A DNA stretch of 59,286 bases, filler included. It is 7 parts of 7 records of this genome, joined end to end, with 100 filler letters (N's around TTAATTAATTAA, not from the genome) between each part and the next. Parts side by side here need not be neighbours in the genome. Positions count along the whole stretch, not along the records: positions 23,047 to 40,328 come from SRR31156797_7686; positions 40,429 to 46,539 come from SRR31156797_7690; positions 46,640 to 52,268 come from SRR31156797_7703; 4 more parts are not named here. One strand, written 5' to 3'. Below the pieces are notes generated by a model. The model was not told the origin of the DNA and searched no databases. It saw only the letters and a program-made list of their open reading frames with translations. Of the stretch, positions 39,742-49,684 are shown piece after piece. Each line of letters opens with the position of its first letter. Position 1 is the first letter of the stretch. The translations under genes and the position numbers were made by a program.

Positions 39742-40328
39742 TGGATGCATCAATGATCGGCTACATCTGTATTGCCGTTATGCTGGTTTTAATCGGCTTC
39801 CGTGCGCCTATCGCGCTTTCTATGGCCGTAACAGGGTTTGTTGGCTTCGCTTCGATTGTTGCGTTCCAGCCTGCTGTCGCGATACTGGATAGCGCACCGT
39901 TTGACGCACTATCAAACTACAGCTTTAGCCCAATTCCTATGTTTATACTCATGGGTGTATTTGCTTCTAAAGCGCGCATGTCTCAAGAGCTATTTCATGG
40001 AGCGAAAACCATGTTTGGTTCCTGGCGCGGCGGTATGGCGTTAGCCGCGGTAACTTCCTGCGGTATCTTCTCTGCTATTTCAGGCTCTTCACTGGCGACA
40101 GCAGCAAGCATGTCTCGAGTTGCTCTGCCAGAAATGAAAAAGAATGGCTACTCTGCAGGATTAGCCGCGGGTACACTCGCTGCCGGCGGTACTTTGGGTA
40201 TTATGATTCCCCCATCGATTGCATTACTTCTATACGCACTCATCACTGAGCAATCGGTAGGCGATATGTTTATCGCGGGTGTCATTCCCGGCTTACTGGG
40301 CTTGGCGCTGTACTGCGTTGCTGTTGCC
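39741..40328 (+). CDS. dctM: TRAP large permease (3' truncated)
   Basis: PIPMFILMG, ISGSSLATA, GTLGIMIPPS, MFIAGVIPG. Confidence 0.9.
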
Positions 40329-40428
40329 NNNNNNNNNNNNNNNNNNNNNNNNNNNNNNNNNNNNNNNNNNNNTTAATTAATTAANNNNNNNNNNNNNNNN
40401 NNNNNNNNNNNNNNNNNNNNNNNNNNNN
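40329..40428. other. Artificial contig linker
   Basis: N44-TTAATTAATTAA-N44. Confidence 0.98.
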
Positions 40429-40716
40429 CGGGATACTGCGGCCCGATACGGCGGTGAAGAATTCGTGGTCATCCTGCCCGGCACGCAACTCGAAGGCGCC
40501 AAGGCTGTGGCTGAACAGATACGGGCCTTTTTTGAAGCCAAAAAATGGAAGCAAAAAGACACCGGCCGTTCCATAGGCGCGGTCACTATTTCCCTGGGCG
40601 TGGCCCAATACAGGCATGGAGAAACTCCGGCCAGTTTTATAAAACGGGCTGATGAAGCTTTGTATTTTTCAAAGAATCACGGAAGAAACAAGGTCAGCAG
40701 CGAAATCGATCTGTAA
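40429..40716 (+). CDS. Diguanylate cyclase C-terminus (5' truncated)
   Basis: gcc cga tac ggc ggt gaa gaa ttc = ARYGGEEF; TISLGVA; RADEALYFSKNHGRN. Confidence 0.88.
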   Translation, partial: RDTAARYGGEEFVVILPGTQLEGAKAVAEQIRAFFEAKKWKQKDTGRSIGAVTISLGVAQYRHGETPASFIKRADEALYFSKNHGRNKVSSEIDL

Positions 40717-40875
40717 CGTTGCATGATTGCCTGATGAGGCGCAGTCCAATAGCGCCGTTTTTGCCTTTCTCTCTTTTAGACCATTAAAAAATATTAATAT
40801 ATTTAAAATATTACCTGTTGTATCCACCTAAGGCTCCACTGATTTCCCTTAATAATTTTAATGCGCTTTTCCGCC

Positions 40876-40927
40876 TTGACAAACGTTTGTTTAAGGTTTA
40901 CTCTCTTATTAAACAATCGTTTGTTTA
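40876..40927 (+). promoter_or_regulatory. Promoter with two TetR-type operators
   Basis: TTGACA at 40876 overlaps palindrome ACAAACGTTTGT (40879-40890); second copy TAAACAATCGTTTGTTTA at 40910-40927. Confidence 0.75.
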
Positions 40928-40938
40928 GAGAGGCCGAC

Positions 40939-41604
40939 ATGAATGATAACCAAAGCCGACAAAAAAACGAGCCAGACAGCAAAACACGCATCCTCGAAAC
41001 CGCCACAAGACTCTTCGCACACAAAGGCTTCGACGGCGTCGGCATGAGGCAACTCGCCCGGGAAGCCAACGTCAATCTGGCCATGATTAATTATTTCTTT
41101 GGATCGAAAAACAAATTGCTGGAAGAAATTCTCAGCGATTTCTACCAGGGACTAATGCAAATCATGAGAGATAGCGTCGCCGGAGACGACCCGCCGCCGG
41201 TTAAACTTAAACGCTACCTGGTCGCCGCGGCCGGATATGTTGCCGCCAATCAGGATCAAGTGGTGATAGCCATAAGCCACCTGCCTCTGGATAGTCCTGA
41301 AATTAGAGACTATAAGGCGGATTATGTTGAAACGGCCATTAAAATAATGAGAGAAGGCCTGCTTGACGACTTGACCAAGGAACTGCAAACCGATATCCCC
41401 TTATTAATCATTGGCCCCATGATCATAGGATCGATAGTCTCCAATATCCTGCTCAAACCCATATTATCAAAATTCGGCGAATTTTCTTTCGACCAGTCAT
41501 TTTACGAATCGTATCCGGAAATCATTTCCGACCTGGTAATGCATGGAGTTATGGGACTGGTCAATAAACAGGTTTCGCCCGAAGCTGAAGCCCCAAAACT
41601 ATAG
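40939..41604 (+). CDS. TetR/AcrR family regulator
   Basis: RILETATRLFAHKGFDGVGMRQLAREANVNLAMINYFFGSK. Confidence 0.92.
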   Translation: MNDNQSRQKNEPDSKTRILETATRLFAHKGFDGVGMRQLAREANVNLAMINYFFGSKNKLLEEILSDFYQGLMQIMRDSVAGDDPPPVKLKRYLVAAAGYVAANQDQVVIAISHLPLDSPEIRDYKADYVETAIKIMREGLLDDLTKELQTDIPLLIIGPMIIGSIVSNILLKPILSKFGEFSFDQSFYESYPEIISDLVMHGVMGLVNKQVSPEAEAPKL

Positions 41605-41615
41605 AGAGGTTCAAA

Positions 41616-44096
41616 TTGTCTGAATTCAGAAAAAATCTTGAATTGCTTTTTGAAAAATTCGGCAGCCTGGTCTTCCGGCATAGATGGATCGTGATAATTC
41701 TCACCCTGGTTCTGGTCGGCCTTTTAGCTTCACAAATCAGGAACATACAATTCGACACCTCCACCGAAGGCTTCCTGCATGAAAATGACGACGCCCTTCT
41801 CACCTATAACGAATTCAGAAAACAATTCGGCCGAGATGAATTCATAGTCATCGCCATAGAATCCGACAATATTTTTTCCCACGAATTTCTTCAAAAACTT
41901 AAATCATTTCACGACGACCTCGAAAATGAGGTTATCCATTACGATGAAATCACCAGCCTCGTAAACGCACGAAATACAAGGGGCGAAGAAGACCGACTCA
42001 TTGTTGAAGACCTACTTGAAAAATGGCCCGAAAATGAACAAGCCCTGACAGACCTGAAAAAACGGGTCATAGCCAATCCCCTGTACCGTAACCTGCTCAT
42101 ATCTGAAGATGCAAGGTTCACAACCGTGGTTGTCAAGAGCAATACCTATTCCAGCATTGGTCAAAAAGACGACGACCTGTTTGAAGGTTTTGAAGACTCC
42201 GCAACACAGGAAGAAGACCCGTTAAGCTCCGACGCACTTGAAGGTTTTTCAGAAAAAACAGAACCCGACGGCGACGCGCCTTTCCTGACCGATGCGGAAA
42301 ACACGGCCCTGGTTTTATCCGTGGAAAAAGTAGTGGAAAGATATGATGGTCCTGATTTCAAACTGAAAATGGCCGGTTCGCCAGTTGTTACATGCATGAT
42401 TAAAAAATCAATGATGAACGACATGCAGACCTTTGTAAAACTGGTCATTCTCACTATCGGCCTTTGCCTTTTCATCATGTTTCGGCGAATTTCAGGCGTG
42501 CTTTTTCCCCTTATCATTGTGGCCATGGCCCTGGTTTCCACCCTGGGCCTGATGGCCCTGTTCAACGTGTCGGTCAAACTGCCGACCACTGTGCTGCCCT
42601 CATTTATTTTGGCCGTGGGGATCGGCGCTTCGGTTCATATTCTGGCAATCTTTTATCAAAATTTCCAATTGACCAACGATCGGGAAAAATCCATCTGTCA
42701 CGCCCTGGGGCATTCCGGCCTGGCCATTGTCATGACTTCCTTAACCACCGCCGCCGGCCTGGCCTCTTTTATCGGCGCGGCCATAGCCCCCATATCCGAC
42801 CTGGGCGTCTTTGCCAGCACCGGCGTTCTTCTGGCGCTTATTAACACAATAGTATTGCTGCCGGCTTTTCTGGCCGTCACTCCCGTAAAAATCAAAAAAA
42901 ACAAACCGTCCGATTCAACCGGCTTCTCATTGGATAGAATTCTTGAGGCTTTTGCCTCATTTTCTTACAGGCAGGCCAAACCAATCGCATGGGGCGCGGC
43001 CCTGGTCATCCTTTTATCCCTCATCGGCGCCTCCAGGCTTTCATTCAGCCATAATCCACTCAAATGGCTTCCGGAAAAAATGCCGGTCAGAATAGCCACG
43101 GAAATAATCGACCGGGAACTCAAAGGCACGATAGCTCTCGAAGTTGTAGTCGACACCGGCCGGGAAAACGGTCTTTACGATCTTGAAACCTTGAACAAGC
43201 TTGAAAAACTCGATGCCGACGTCAGCAAAATCAGCAACGGTCGCATTTTTGTCGGCAAGACGATCTCACTGACCCAAATGATTAAGGAAATAAATAAGGC
43301 TCTCAATGAAAACAGGGAGGATCATTACCTTATCCCACAGAATCAGGAACTGATTCCGCAAGAACTGCTGCTTTTCGAAAACAGCGGCTCCGACGATCTT
43401 GAGGATGTTGTGGACAGCCGGTTCAAGCTGGGCAGATTTACGATAAAAGCTCCCTGGGAAGACACGATCGAATACATACCTTTTATTAAGAACATTAAAA
43501 ATAAATTTTATGAATACCTTGGAGAAGACGCCGACATAACCCTCACCGGCATGCTGCCCCTTCTATCCAGGACCATATTCGCCGCTATTCAAAGCACCAA
43601 GCAAAGCTACATCATTGCGGGCCTAGTAATAACCTTGATGATGATTCTTCTTATCAGCAACATTAAGGCGGGGCTTATAAGCATGATTCCCAACCTGCTG
43701 CCGATTATTCTGACCCTGGGGCTTATGGGCTGGCTGGACATGCCCCTGGACATGTTCACCATGATGATCGGCAGCATAGCCATCGGCCTGGCCGTCGACG
43801 ACACCGTTCACTTTATGCACAACTTCAGAAGATACTTTTTTGAAACCGGCGATGTTCGTGAATCCATCCGGCTGACCCTGCTTACCGCGGGGCGGGCCAT
43901 GCTGGTAACCAGCATTGTGCTGTCCATCGGTTTCTTCATCTACATGTTTGCATCCATGAACAACCTATTCTATTTCGGACTTTTAACCGGCGTGACCATA
44001 ATCTGCGCCCTGTTGGCCGATTTCCTGGTCGCTCCGGCCCTCATGGTTATTTTTACTCCCTCTTACAAAATTAAAACACAGGAGGAAAACTCATGA
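41616..44096 (+). CDS. MMPL/RND family transporter
   Basis: Two repeats of TM-periplasmic-5TM; MTSLTTAAG, SIAIGLAVDDTVHF, GRAMLVTS; TTG start. Confidence 0.9.
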   Translation: MSEFRKNLELLFEKFGSLVFRHRWIVIILTLVLVGLLASQIRNIQFDTSTEGFLHENDDALLTYNEFRKQFGRDEFIVIAIESDNIFSHEFLQKLKSFHDDLENEVIHYDEITSLVNARNTRGEEDRLIVEDLLEKWPENEQALTDLKKRVIANPLYRNLLISEDARFTTVVVKSNTYSSIGQKDDDLFEGFEDSATQEEDPLSSDALEGFSEKTEPDGDAPFLTDAENTALVLSVEKVVERYDGPDFKLKMAGSPVVTCMIKKSMMNDMQTFVKLVILTIGLCLFIMFRRISGVLFPLIIVAMALVSTLGLMALFNVSVKLPTTVLPSFILAVGIGASVHILAIFYQNFQLTNDREKSICHALGHSGLAIVMTSLTTAAGLASFIGAAIAPISDLGVFASTGVLLALINTIVLLPAFLAVTPVKIKKNKPSDSTGFSLDRILEAFASFSYRQAKPIAWGAALVILLSLIGASRLSFSHNPLKWLPEKMPVRIATEIIDRELKGTIALEVVVDTGRENGLYDLETLNKLEKLDADVSKISNGRIFVGKTISLTQMIKEINKALNENREDHYLIPQNQELIPQELLLFENSGSDDLEDVVDSRFKLGRFTIKAPWEDTIEYIPFIKNIKNKFYEYLGEDADITLTGMLPLLSRTIFAAIQSTKQSYIIAGLVITLMMILLISNIKAGLISMIPNLLPIILTLGLMGWLDMPLDMFTMMIGSIAIGLAVDDTVHFMHNFRRYFFETGDVRESIRLTLLTAGRAMLVTSIVLSIGFFIYMFASMNNLFYFGLLTGVTIICALLADFLVAPALMVIFTPSYKIKTQEENS

Positions 44097-44914
44097 TAAA
44101 TAAAAAGATTCAAAGCATGCCTTTCATATTTATTATATGCCTGCTTACCATAGCACTGGTCCCTGCTCCTGCTTCAGCCGACGATGAAAAGGCGCGAAGC
44201 ATCATGGTCAAAGTCGATGCGCGAGATGACGGAGACAACTCGGTCGCGGACATGAAAATGATTCTTATAGACAAGAATAATGACAAGCGGGTCAGAACGA
44301 TCAAATCATTCGGCAAGGACAAGGGCGAGGATTCGCAACGGCTGATGTTCTTCCTCGATCCTGCGGAAGTCAGGGACACTGCTTTTCTGACTTACGACTA
44401 CGACGATCCTGATCGAGATGATGACCAATGGATGTACCTTCCCGCCCTGAAAAAAACAAAGAGAATAGCTTCCAGCGACAAGAGCAGTCCCTTCATGGGA
44501 TCGGATTTTTCATATGCGGATATGACCAAAATGGCCATAGAAAATTATCACTTCAAACTGATCAAGGAAATGGACGTTGAAGGCCGTAAAACCTGGGTCA
44601 TTGAATCCATCCCCAAGACGGAACGCGTTTTAAGGCAATATGGATACAAGAAATCCATTCTTTTTGTCAGGCAGGATATCTTCATGGTGATTAGAGCCGT
44701 TCACTGGCTTCGTGAAGGCGGAAGGATCAAATACATGCAAATCAGAAAACTGGAAAAGATAGACGGGATTTGGATGGGAACCGACCTTTTGATGAAAACT
44801 ACAAAAAACAAGAGAACTCTTCATAGCACGGTTCTCAAGTTTAATAATGTTAAATTCAACCAAAACTTGAGCGAAGACATGTTTACGACCAGGCGCCTGG
44901 AAAAAGGACTGTAA
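44093..44914 (+). CDS. LolA-like outer-membrane lipoprotein-sorting family periplasmic protein
   Basis: Signal peptide; FFLDPAEVRDTAFL, DDQWMYLPALKKTKRI, FMGSDFSYAD, FTTRRLEKGL. Confidence 0.85.
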   Translation: MINKKIQSMPFIFIICLLTIALVPAPASADDEKARSIMVKVDARDDGDNSVADMKMILIDKNNDKRVRTIKSFGKDKGEDSQRLMFFLDPAEVRDTAFLTYDYDDPDRDDDQWMYLPALKKTKRIASSDKSSPFMGSDFSYADMTKMAIENYHFKLIKEMDVEGRKTWVIESIPKTERVLRQYGYKKSILFVRQDIFMVIRAVHWLREGGRIKYMQIRKLEKIDGIWMGTDLLMKTTKNKRTLHSTVLKFNNVKFNQNLSEDMFTTRRLEKGL

Positions 44915-44982
44915 ATTTACTATCGGCTACTCAGTATGCGAATTTAACGGTTAACGAGCATGCAAGACGCTGGTGCAATCCA

Positions 44983-46467
44983 ATGAAAAAAGTATTATCC
45001 CGGACACTATCCGCTAAAAGGCTCCTATCACCTTTTTTATTACTGGCCCTATGTTTCTCATATCAACCTTCCCTGGCCCAGTCCCCCGGCTCGCCGCCGG
45101 AGCCGGGACTTGAGGAAGTCCTTGAAGGGTTTGATACAACCGAACAGCCTACGGAATTGGACAATGTCCTTGAGGGATTTGAAGACCAGGAAAAAGGTGA
45201 ACAGGCTGAGGGAAAAGAAAGCGCTCCAGGCGAGGAGCCCTCAAAACTCAGGTTCAGCGGTGAAATAAGTTTCAGCGGAATTTACAATTTCAGTCACGAC
45301 GCAACTGCCGCGGGAAGAACCGATCACAGGGGCTTTTCCCGTTTGCGACCCCGAATCGATCTGGAACTTGAAACGCGCGGATCAAGCAGGTGGAAATTAA
45401 AAATCGCAGGATATACCTACTATGATCTGGCTTACAGCTTTAATGGCCGGGATAAATATACCTCGCAAATGCTGGATGAAAATGAAACCGAAACCGAACT
45501 GGAAGAGGCCTGGTTGTCCGCGTCCCTGTCATCCGCTTTTGATATTAAAATCGGCCGCCAGATTTCCGTGTGGGGCAAATCCGACAACATCCGGGTTGTT
45601 GACGTGCTTAATCCTCTTGACCTGAGAGAACCCGGTCTCGTGGACATCGAAGACCTCAGGCTTCCGGTAGCCATGACCAAATTGGATTTCTACAGGGGCG
45701 CCTGGAACCTGAGCGCGCATTTGATGCACGAATTCAGGCCCAATAAAACCCCTTCGTACGGCAGCGACTTTTATCCCTTCAATACACCGCCGCCTCCTGA
45801 AGACAAGCCTGACGATTGGAAGGACGATCCGGAATTCGGCCTGGCCCTCAAGGGAATCTTCAGCGGGTGGGACATCTCCTTTTTCCTGGCCCAATATCAT
45901 GACAGGCAGGCGCATCTTGAAACCATAATGACCGCGTCCGGAATTCCGCAATTCAAGCGCTGTTACAGCCGGCTTCAAATGTTAGGGGGTTCAACCAATG
46001 TCGCCGCCGGCAACTGGCTGTTTAAAATGGAAGGCGCCTACATAAACGGTCTGGAATATCTGAATTTGCCCGGAGAAGAAAAAGCAAGACTGGATCTGCT
46101 CTTTGGACTCGATTATTCCGGATTCACAAATACGACCATCACTTTTGAAATAGTAAATCGCCGCCTGCTCGATTATGACGACCGACTGAAAAATGCGCCC
46201 GATGTGGTCGAAGAAGATGACATCCAAAGCGTTTTCAGGCTGACCAGAACATTTTACAACGATTCCCTTGAACTGACCTTTCTGGCCTCAACATACGGCC
46301 TGACCGGAGAAAACGGTTCGCTTCAACGTTTTACACTCGAATACGACCTGACGGATAAATGGACGGTCACGGGCGGAGTAGTTCTGTACCAATCCGGCGA
46401 CAAACCTTCGTTCAGCAGCATCAATAATAATGACAGGCTTTATTTCGAAATAAAATATGCTCTCTGA
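44983..46467 (+). CDS. Outer-membrane beta-barrel protein (DUF1302-like)
   Basis: Signal peptide; ELEEAW, KIGRQISVWGKSD, DVLNPLDLR; alternating C-terminal strand LYFEIKYAL. Confidence 0.75.
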   Translation: MKKVLSRTLSAKRLLSPFLLLALCFSYQPSLAQSPGSPPEPGLEEVLEGFDTTEQPTELDNVLEGFEDQEKGEQAEGKESAPGEEPSKLRFSGEISFSGIYNFSHDATAAGRTDHRGFSRLRPRIDLELETRGSSRWKLKIAGYTYYDLAYSFNGRDKYTSQMLDENETETELEEAWLSASLSSAFDIKIGRQISVWGKSDNIRVVDVLNPLDLREPGLVDIEDLRLPVAMTKLDFYRGAWNLSAHLMHEFRPNKTPSYGSDFYPFNTPPPPEDKPDDWKDDPEFGLALKGIFSGWDISFFLAQYHDRQAHLETIMTASGIPQFKRCYSRLQMLGGSTNVAAGNWLFKMEGAYINGLEYLNLPGEEKARLDLLFGLDYSGFTNTTITFEIVNRRLLDYDDRLKNAPDVVEEDDIQSVFRLTRTFYNDSLELTFLASTYGLTGENGSLQRFTLEYDLTDKWTVTGGVVLYQSGDKPSFSSINNNDRLYFEIKYAL

Positions 46468-46539
46468 TGAAGCGCCACAACAGAGAAGTAAAGCAACATT
46501 CGAGTCTAATGTCTGTCCAGAAATGAGGAGTTTTTTCCA

Positions 46540-46639
46540 NNNNNNNNNNNNNNNNNNNNNNNNNNNNNNNNNNNNNNNNNNNNTTAATTAATTAANNNNN
46601 NNNNNNNNNNNNNNNNNNNNNNNNNNNNNNNNNNNNNNN
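46540..46639. other. Artificial contig linker
   Basis: N44-TTAATTAATTAA-N44. Confidence 0.98.
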
Positions 46640-46753
46640 TAAAGGATAATATATCATTGGTTTATCATAGATCGGGATAATTTGTTTGGAGATACTCTTT
46701 GTAATTGGGTATAATCTTGTTCCGGCTCCACCGGCTAAAATAATTCCTTTCAT
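46640..46753 (-). CDS. rfbA: Glucose-1-phosphate thymidylyltransferase, N-terminal fragment (not in ORF track)
   Basis: Manual translation: [38 protein letters not shown]. Confidence 0.92.
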
Positions 46754-46766
46754 ATGTTTGTAATTT

Positions 46767-47732
46767 TTATCTCATCCAGGTTTCCAAAGTTCCTGTTTTG
46801 ATTAATTCATCAAAATATTTTATTGTTTTTTCTAATCCTTCTTTAAGTTCTATTGTTGGTTCCCATCCATCCAATACTTCTTTAGCTTTTGATATATCTG
46901 GTCTTCTTTGTGTTGGATCATCAGCAGGCTGAGGTAAATTAACAATTTTAGATTTAGAACCCGTCATTTCAATAACCAGGTCAGCTAATTGCTTTATTGT
47001 AAACTCCCCCGGATTTCCTACATTAATTGGACCTATCACATCAACACCTGTATTCATCATTCGAATCATTCCTTCAACAAGGTCATCTACATACTGAAAG
47101 CTACGGGTTTGGCTACCATCACCATATATTGTAATATCTTGATTCTGAAGCGCCTGAATAATAAAATTTGATATCACACGTCCATCATTAGGATGCATAC
47201 GTGGTCCATAAGTATTAAAAATCCTGATTATTTTAATATTAACTTTATTCTGAATATGGTAATCCATAAATAAAGTTTCGGCACATCGTTTTCCTTCATC
47301 ATAGCATGAACGTCTCCCAATTGGATTTACATGTCCCCAATATTCCTCTGTTTGCGGATGCACTTGAGGATCACCATACACTTCTGAGGTAGAAGCCTGT
47401 AAAATTTTAGCTTTAATTCGCTTTGCCAAACCAAGCATATTAATAGCACCCATTACACTTGTTTTTACAGTTTTAATTGGATTAAATTGATAATGCACGG
47501 GCGATGCAGGACATGCCAGATTATATATTTCATCAACTTCAACATAATATGGTGTGGTAACGTCGTGCCTTATAACCTCAAAAAATGGGTTATCCATTAA
47601 ATGCACAATATTTCGCTTATCACCGGTAAAATAATTATCAAGTGAAATTACTTCATAACCATCATTCAATAGTCTTTCACATAAATGTGATCCAACAAAA
47701 CCGGCTCCACCTGTAACAAGTGCTTTTCTCAT
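46767..47732 (-). CDS. UDP-glucuronate decarboxylase (UDP-xylose synthase) family SDR
   Basis: [36 protein letters not shown]. Confidence 0.92.
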   Translation of the reverse strand: MRKALVTGGAGFVGSHLCERLLNDGYEVISLDNYFTGDKRNIVHLMDNPFFEVIRHDVTTPYYVEVDEIYNLACPASPVHYQFNPIKTVKTSVMGAINMLGLAKRIKAKILQASTSEVYGDPQVHPQTEEYWGHVNPIGRRSCYDEGKRCAETLFMDYHIQNKVNIKIIRIFNTYGPRMHPNDGRVISNFIIQALQNQDITIYGDGSQTRSFQYVDDLVEGMIRMMNTGVDVIGPINVGNPGEFTIKQLADLVIEMTGSKSKIVNLPQPADDPTQRRPDISKAKEVLDGWEPTIELKEGLEKTIKYFDELIKTGTLETWMR

Positions 47733-47829
47733 ATATTCAAATTTTTCTAAAAATAAGGAATTTTTAGCAGTACAAAGAAACAAAAAAGACTGCTATTGCT
47801 AACAGTCTTCCTTGTAAAATAACAGTTTC

Positions 47830-48231
47830 TTATTGTCCAACGGTAATTTTCCATTCACCATCAACCTTCACAAAATTAGAGTTTGCAGGTTCAGTAGTTC
47901 CATCACCGTACTCTACTTCTGCTTCAACAACACATGAATTTCCGTCTTCTGACATTGTTTCTTTGATAATTTTAATGTTTTTAACGCCACCTTTTTGCTC
48001 TAGCTGACCAGCACTCATCTCAAACATTTTTTTGAGCTTTTCACGGTCTTCAGCAGAAATCTCTTCTCCTTTGGTATCGATCTTATCAATTACATAGTCA
48101 TAGTCCCCTGAAATCATTTTATCGTAAATTTTCTTTTGAATATCTCCAGGTGTTTCTGATCCACCACCACATGACATAAAAATTGCTGCCGCAGCAACTA
48201 AAACTGTTAAAAGAATTGCAAATTTTTTCAT
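47830..48231 (-). CDS. Small lipoprotein (DUF4878/NTF2-like)
   Basis: Lipobox IFMS-C; KGGVKNIKI...YGDG...KVDGEWKI. Confidence 0.75.
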   Translation of the reverse strand: MKKFAILLTVLVAAAAIFMSCGGGSETPGDIQKKIYDKMISGDYDYVIDKIDTKGEEISAEDREKLKKMFEMSAGQLEQKGGVKNIKIIKETMSEDGNSCVVEAEVEYGDGTTEPANSNFVKVDGEWKITVGQ

Positions 48232-48241
48232 AAGCATAAAT

Positions 48242-48871
48242 TTAGTTTGAATAATATAAAAAAATGGTTTTTAAATTTCGTGTCCGCAGTATAGTTTCCG
48301 GAAAGATAATTGGTTTTCTTTTAGGAAACAATAAAGTATCCAAATATCCATTTGTAATTTCAACATTAACTGTATTATACGCGTGATATAGTAGTTCTGT
48401 ACAATAAATTTTTGATGTGTCAAATAAATCATATCCGTCGTCAAACTCAATCTTTTGGCTATACACCCTCTCCAGGTATTCAGACAGCTTCGACATTTGC
48501 AATTCACTCAGTTCTATCCTATATATTCCACCTTTTGATGCTCTATTGCGTGACCAAAACAATTTAACAGGTTCAAACCTAATTGTATTATCCATTGTAT
48601 TATCTCCAGGTTCTACATGCACCACTCCCACTTCACCGTCTTTCGTTTTATGAATAACGCCAACATGTGAATATCGACTACTACCATCAATGGCCATTAC
48701 AGCGTAACTTTCTGCACTTACTCCCCTTCTGAAAATAACATCCCCCTCTTTCAAAATTGGCATTTCTTGTATATCTGCATACTGAATAGCATCAGAATTC
48801 ATTAAATTTAAAAATAATGGTGATGTTTGAAAAGAGATGAATAATATTACAATCAGCAACCAATAGTACAT
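48242..48871 (-). CDS. Permuted papain-like NlpC/P60 hydrolase (YiiX/YebB, C92-like)
   Basis: LKEGDVIFRRG; YSHVG (His) precedes IYCTEL (Cys); IFPE; hydrophobic N-terminus. Confidence 0.85.
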   Translation of the reverse strand: MYYWLLIVILFISFQTSPLFLNLMNSDAIQYADIQEMPILKEGDVIFRRGVSAESYAVMAIDGSSRYSHVGVIHKTKDGEVGVVHVEPGDNTMDNTIRFEPVKLFWSRNRASKGGIYRIELSELQMSKLSEYLERVYSQKIEFDDGYDLFDTSKIYCTELLYHAYNTVNVEITNGYLDTLLFPKRKPIIFPETILRTRNLKTIFLYYSN

Positions 48872-48959
48872 ATTCCCGTTATCAGAACCATAAAATTAGT
48901 AAAAAATGCAATCTATCTAAGACCATTCAATTAATTAACAATAAATTAATAGAGAAACA

Positions 48960-49682
48960 CTATGACTTGAAACCCAAATAAAAGGGTTCGACTAATCTTT
49001 TAAATTTATCACTGTACTGGTGTCTGCCAAATTCTTCAATAATTAGTTCTTCTTGGTCTATAGATATTTTAATTCTACCAAATTGAAGCAGGATTCTGTG
49101 GGGATTCTTATTGGGAGTAGGTTTAATATAAGTTATTCTTTGAAGGAATAATGACTCGTTTTGCGCAATTGAAATTGCAGAATCTAATTGTTCTGAAGGT
49201 AATATCAAACTAAAAATACCATTATTCTTTAAAAGCTTTTGCGTATAAAACATCAATTCATTAATCTCTAAAGATGCTGAATGCCTTGCAATTGCTCTAT
49301 TTTTGTCTTCTCCAGGGTTTTTAGTTTTATAAAATGGAGGATTACAAATAATTAAATCGTACAATTCATTTGTTTTTTTAGCATAATCAATAAATGAGCC
49401 TTTGATTACTTTAATTCGGTCTTTCCATTTACTTTCGACTATATTCTCATTAGCCTGCTCATACGCGTTTTCTTCTATCTCTAAGGCAGTAATATTTACT
49501 CCCTGGCTTCTCTGAGCAACCATTAATGCTATTAATCCGGTACCTGTTCCAATATCTAAAACGGTTCCTGTTTCCGGCACGTTTGTCCAGGCACCAAGCA
49601 AAGTACCATCAGTCCCTACCTTCATGGCTGTTTTATCTTGCTTAACCAGAAACTCTTTAAACTGAAACCATTGATTACCCAT
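48960..49682 (-). CDS. yfiC: tRNA1(Val) A37 N6-methyltransferase
   Basis: FQFKEFLV, AMKVGTDG, LDIGTGTG, NPPF, ARH. Confidence 0.88.
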   Translation of the reverse strand: MGNQWFQFKEFLVKQDKTAMKVGTDGTLLGAWTNVPETGTVLDIGTGTGLIALMVAQRSQGVNITALEIEENAYEQANENIVESKWKDRIKVIKGSFIDYAKKTNELYDLIICNPPFYKTKNPGEDKNRAIARHSASLEINELMFYTQKLLKNNGIFSLILPSEQLDSAISIAQNESLFLQRITYIKPTPNKNPHRILLQFGRIKISIDQEELIIEEFGRHQYSDKFKRLVEPFYLGFKS

Positions 49683-49684
49683 AA

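Noticed and set aside
46505-46539. Possible start of a dispersed repeat or IS end at the contig break
   Set aside because: Too short to show an inverted repeat or a second copy.
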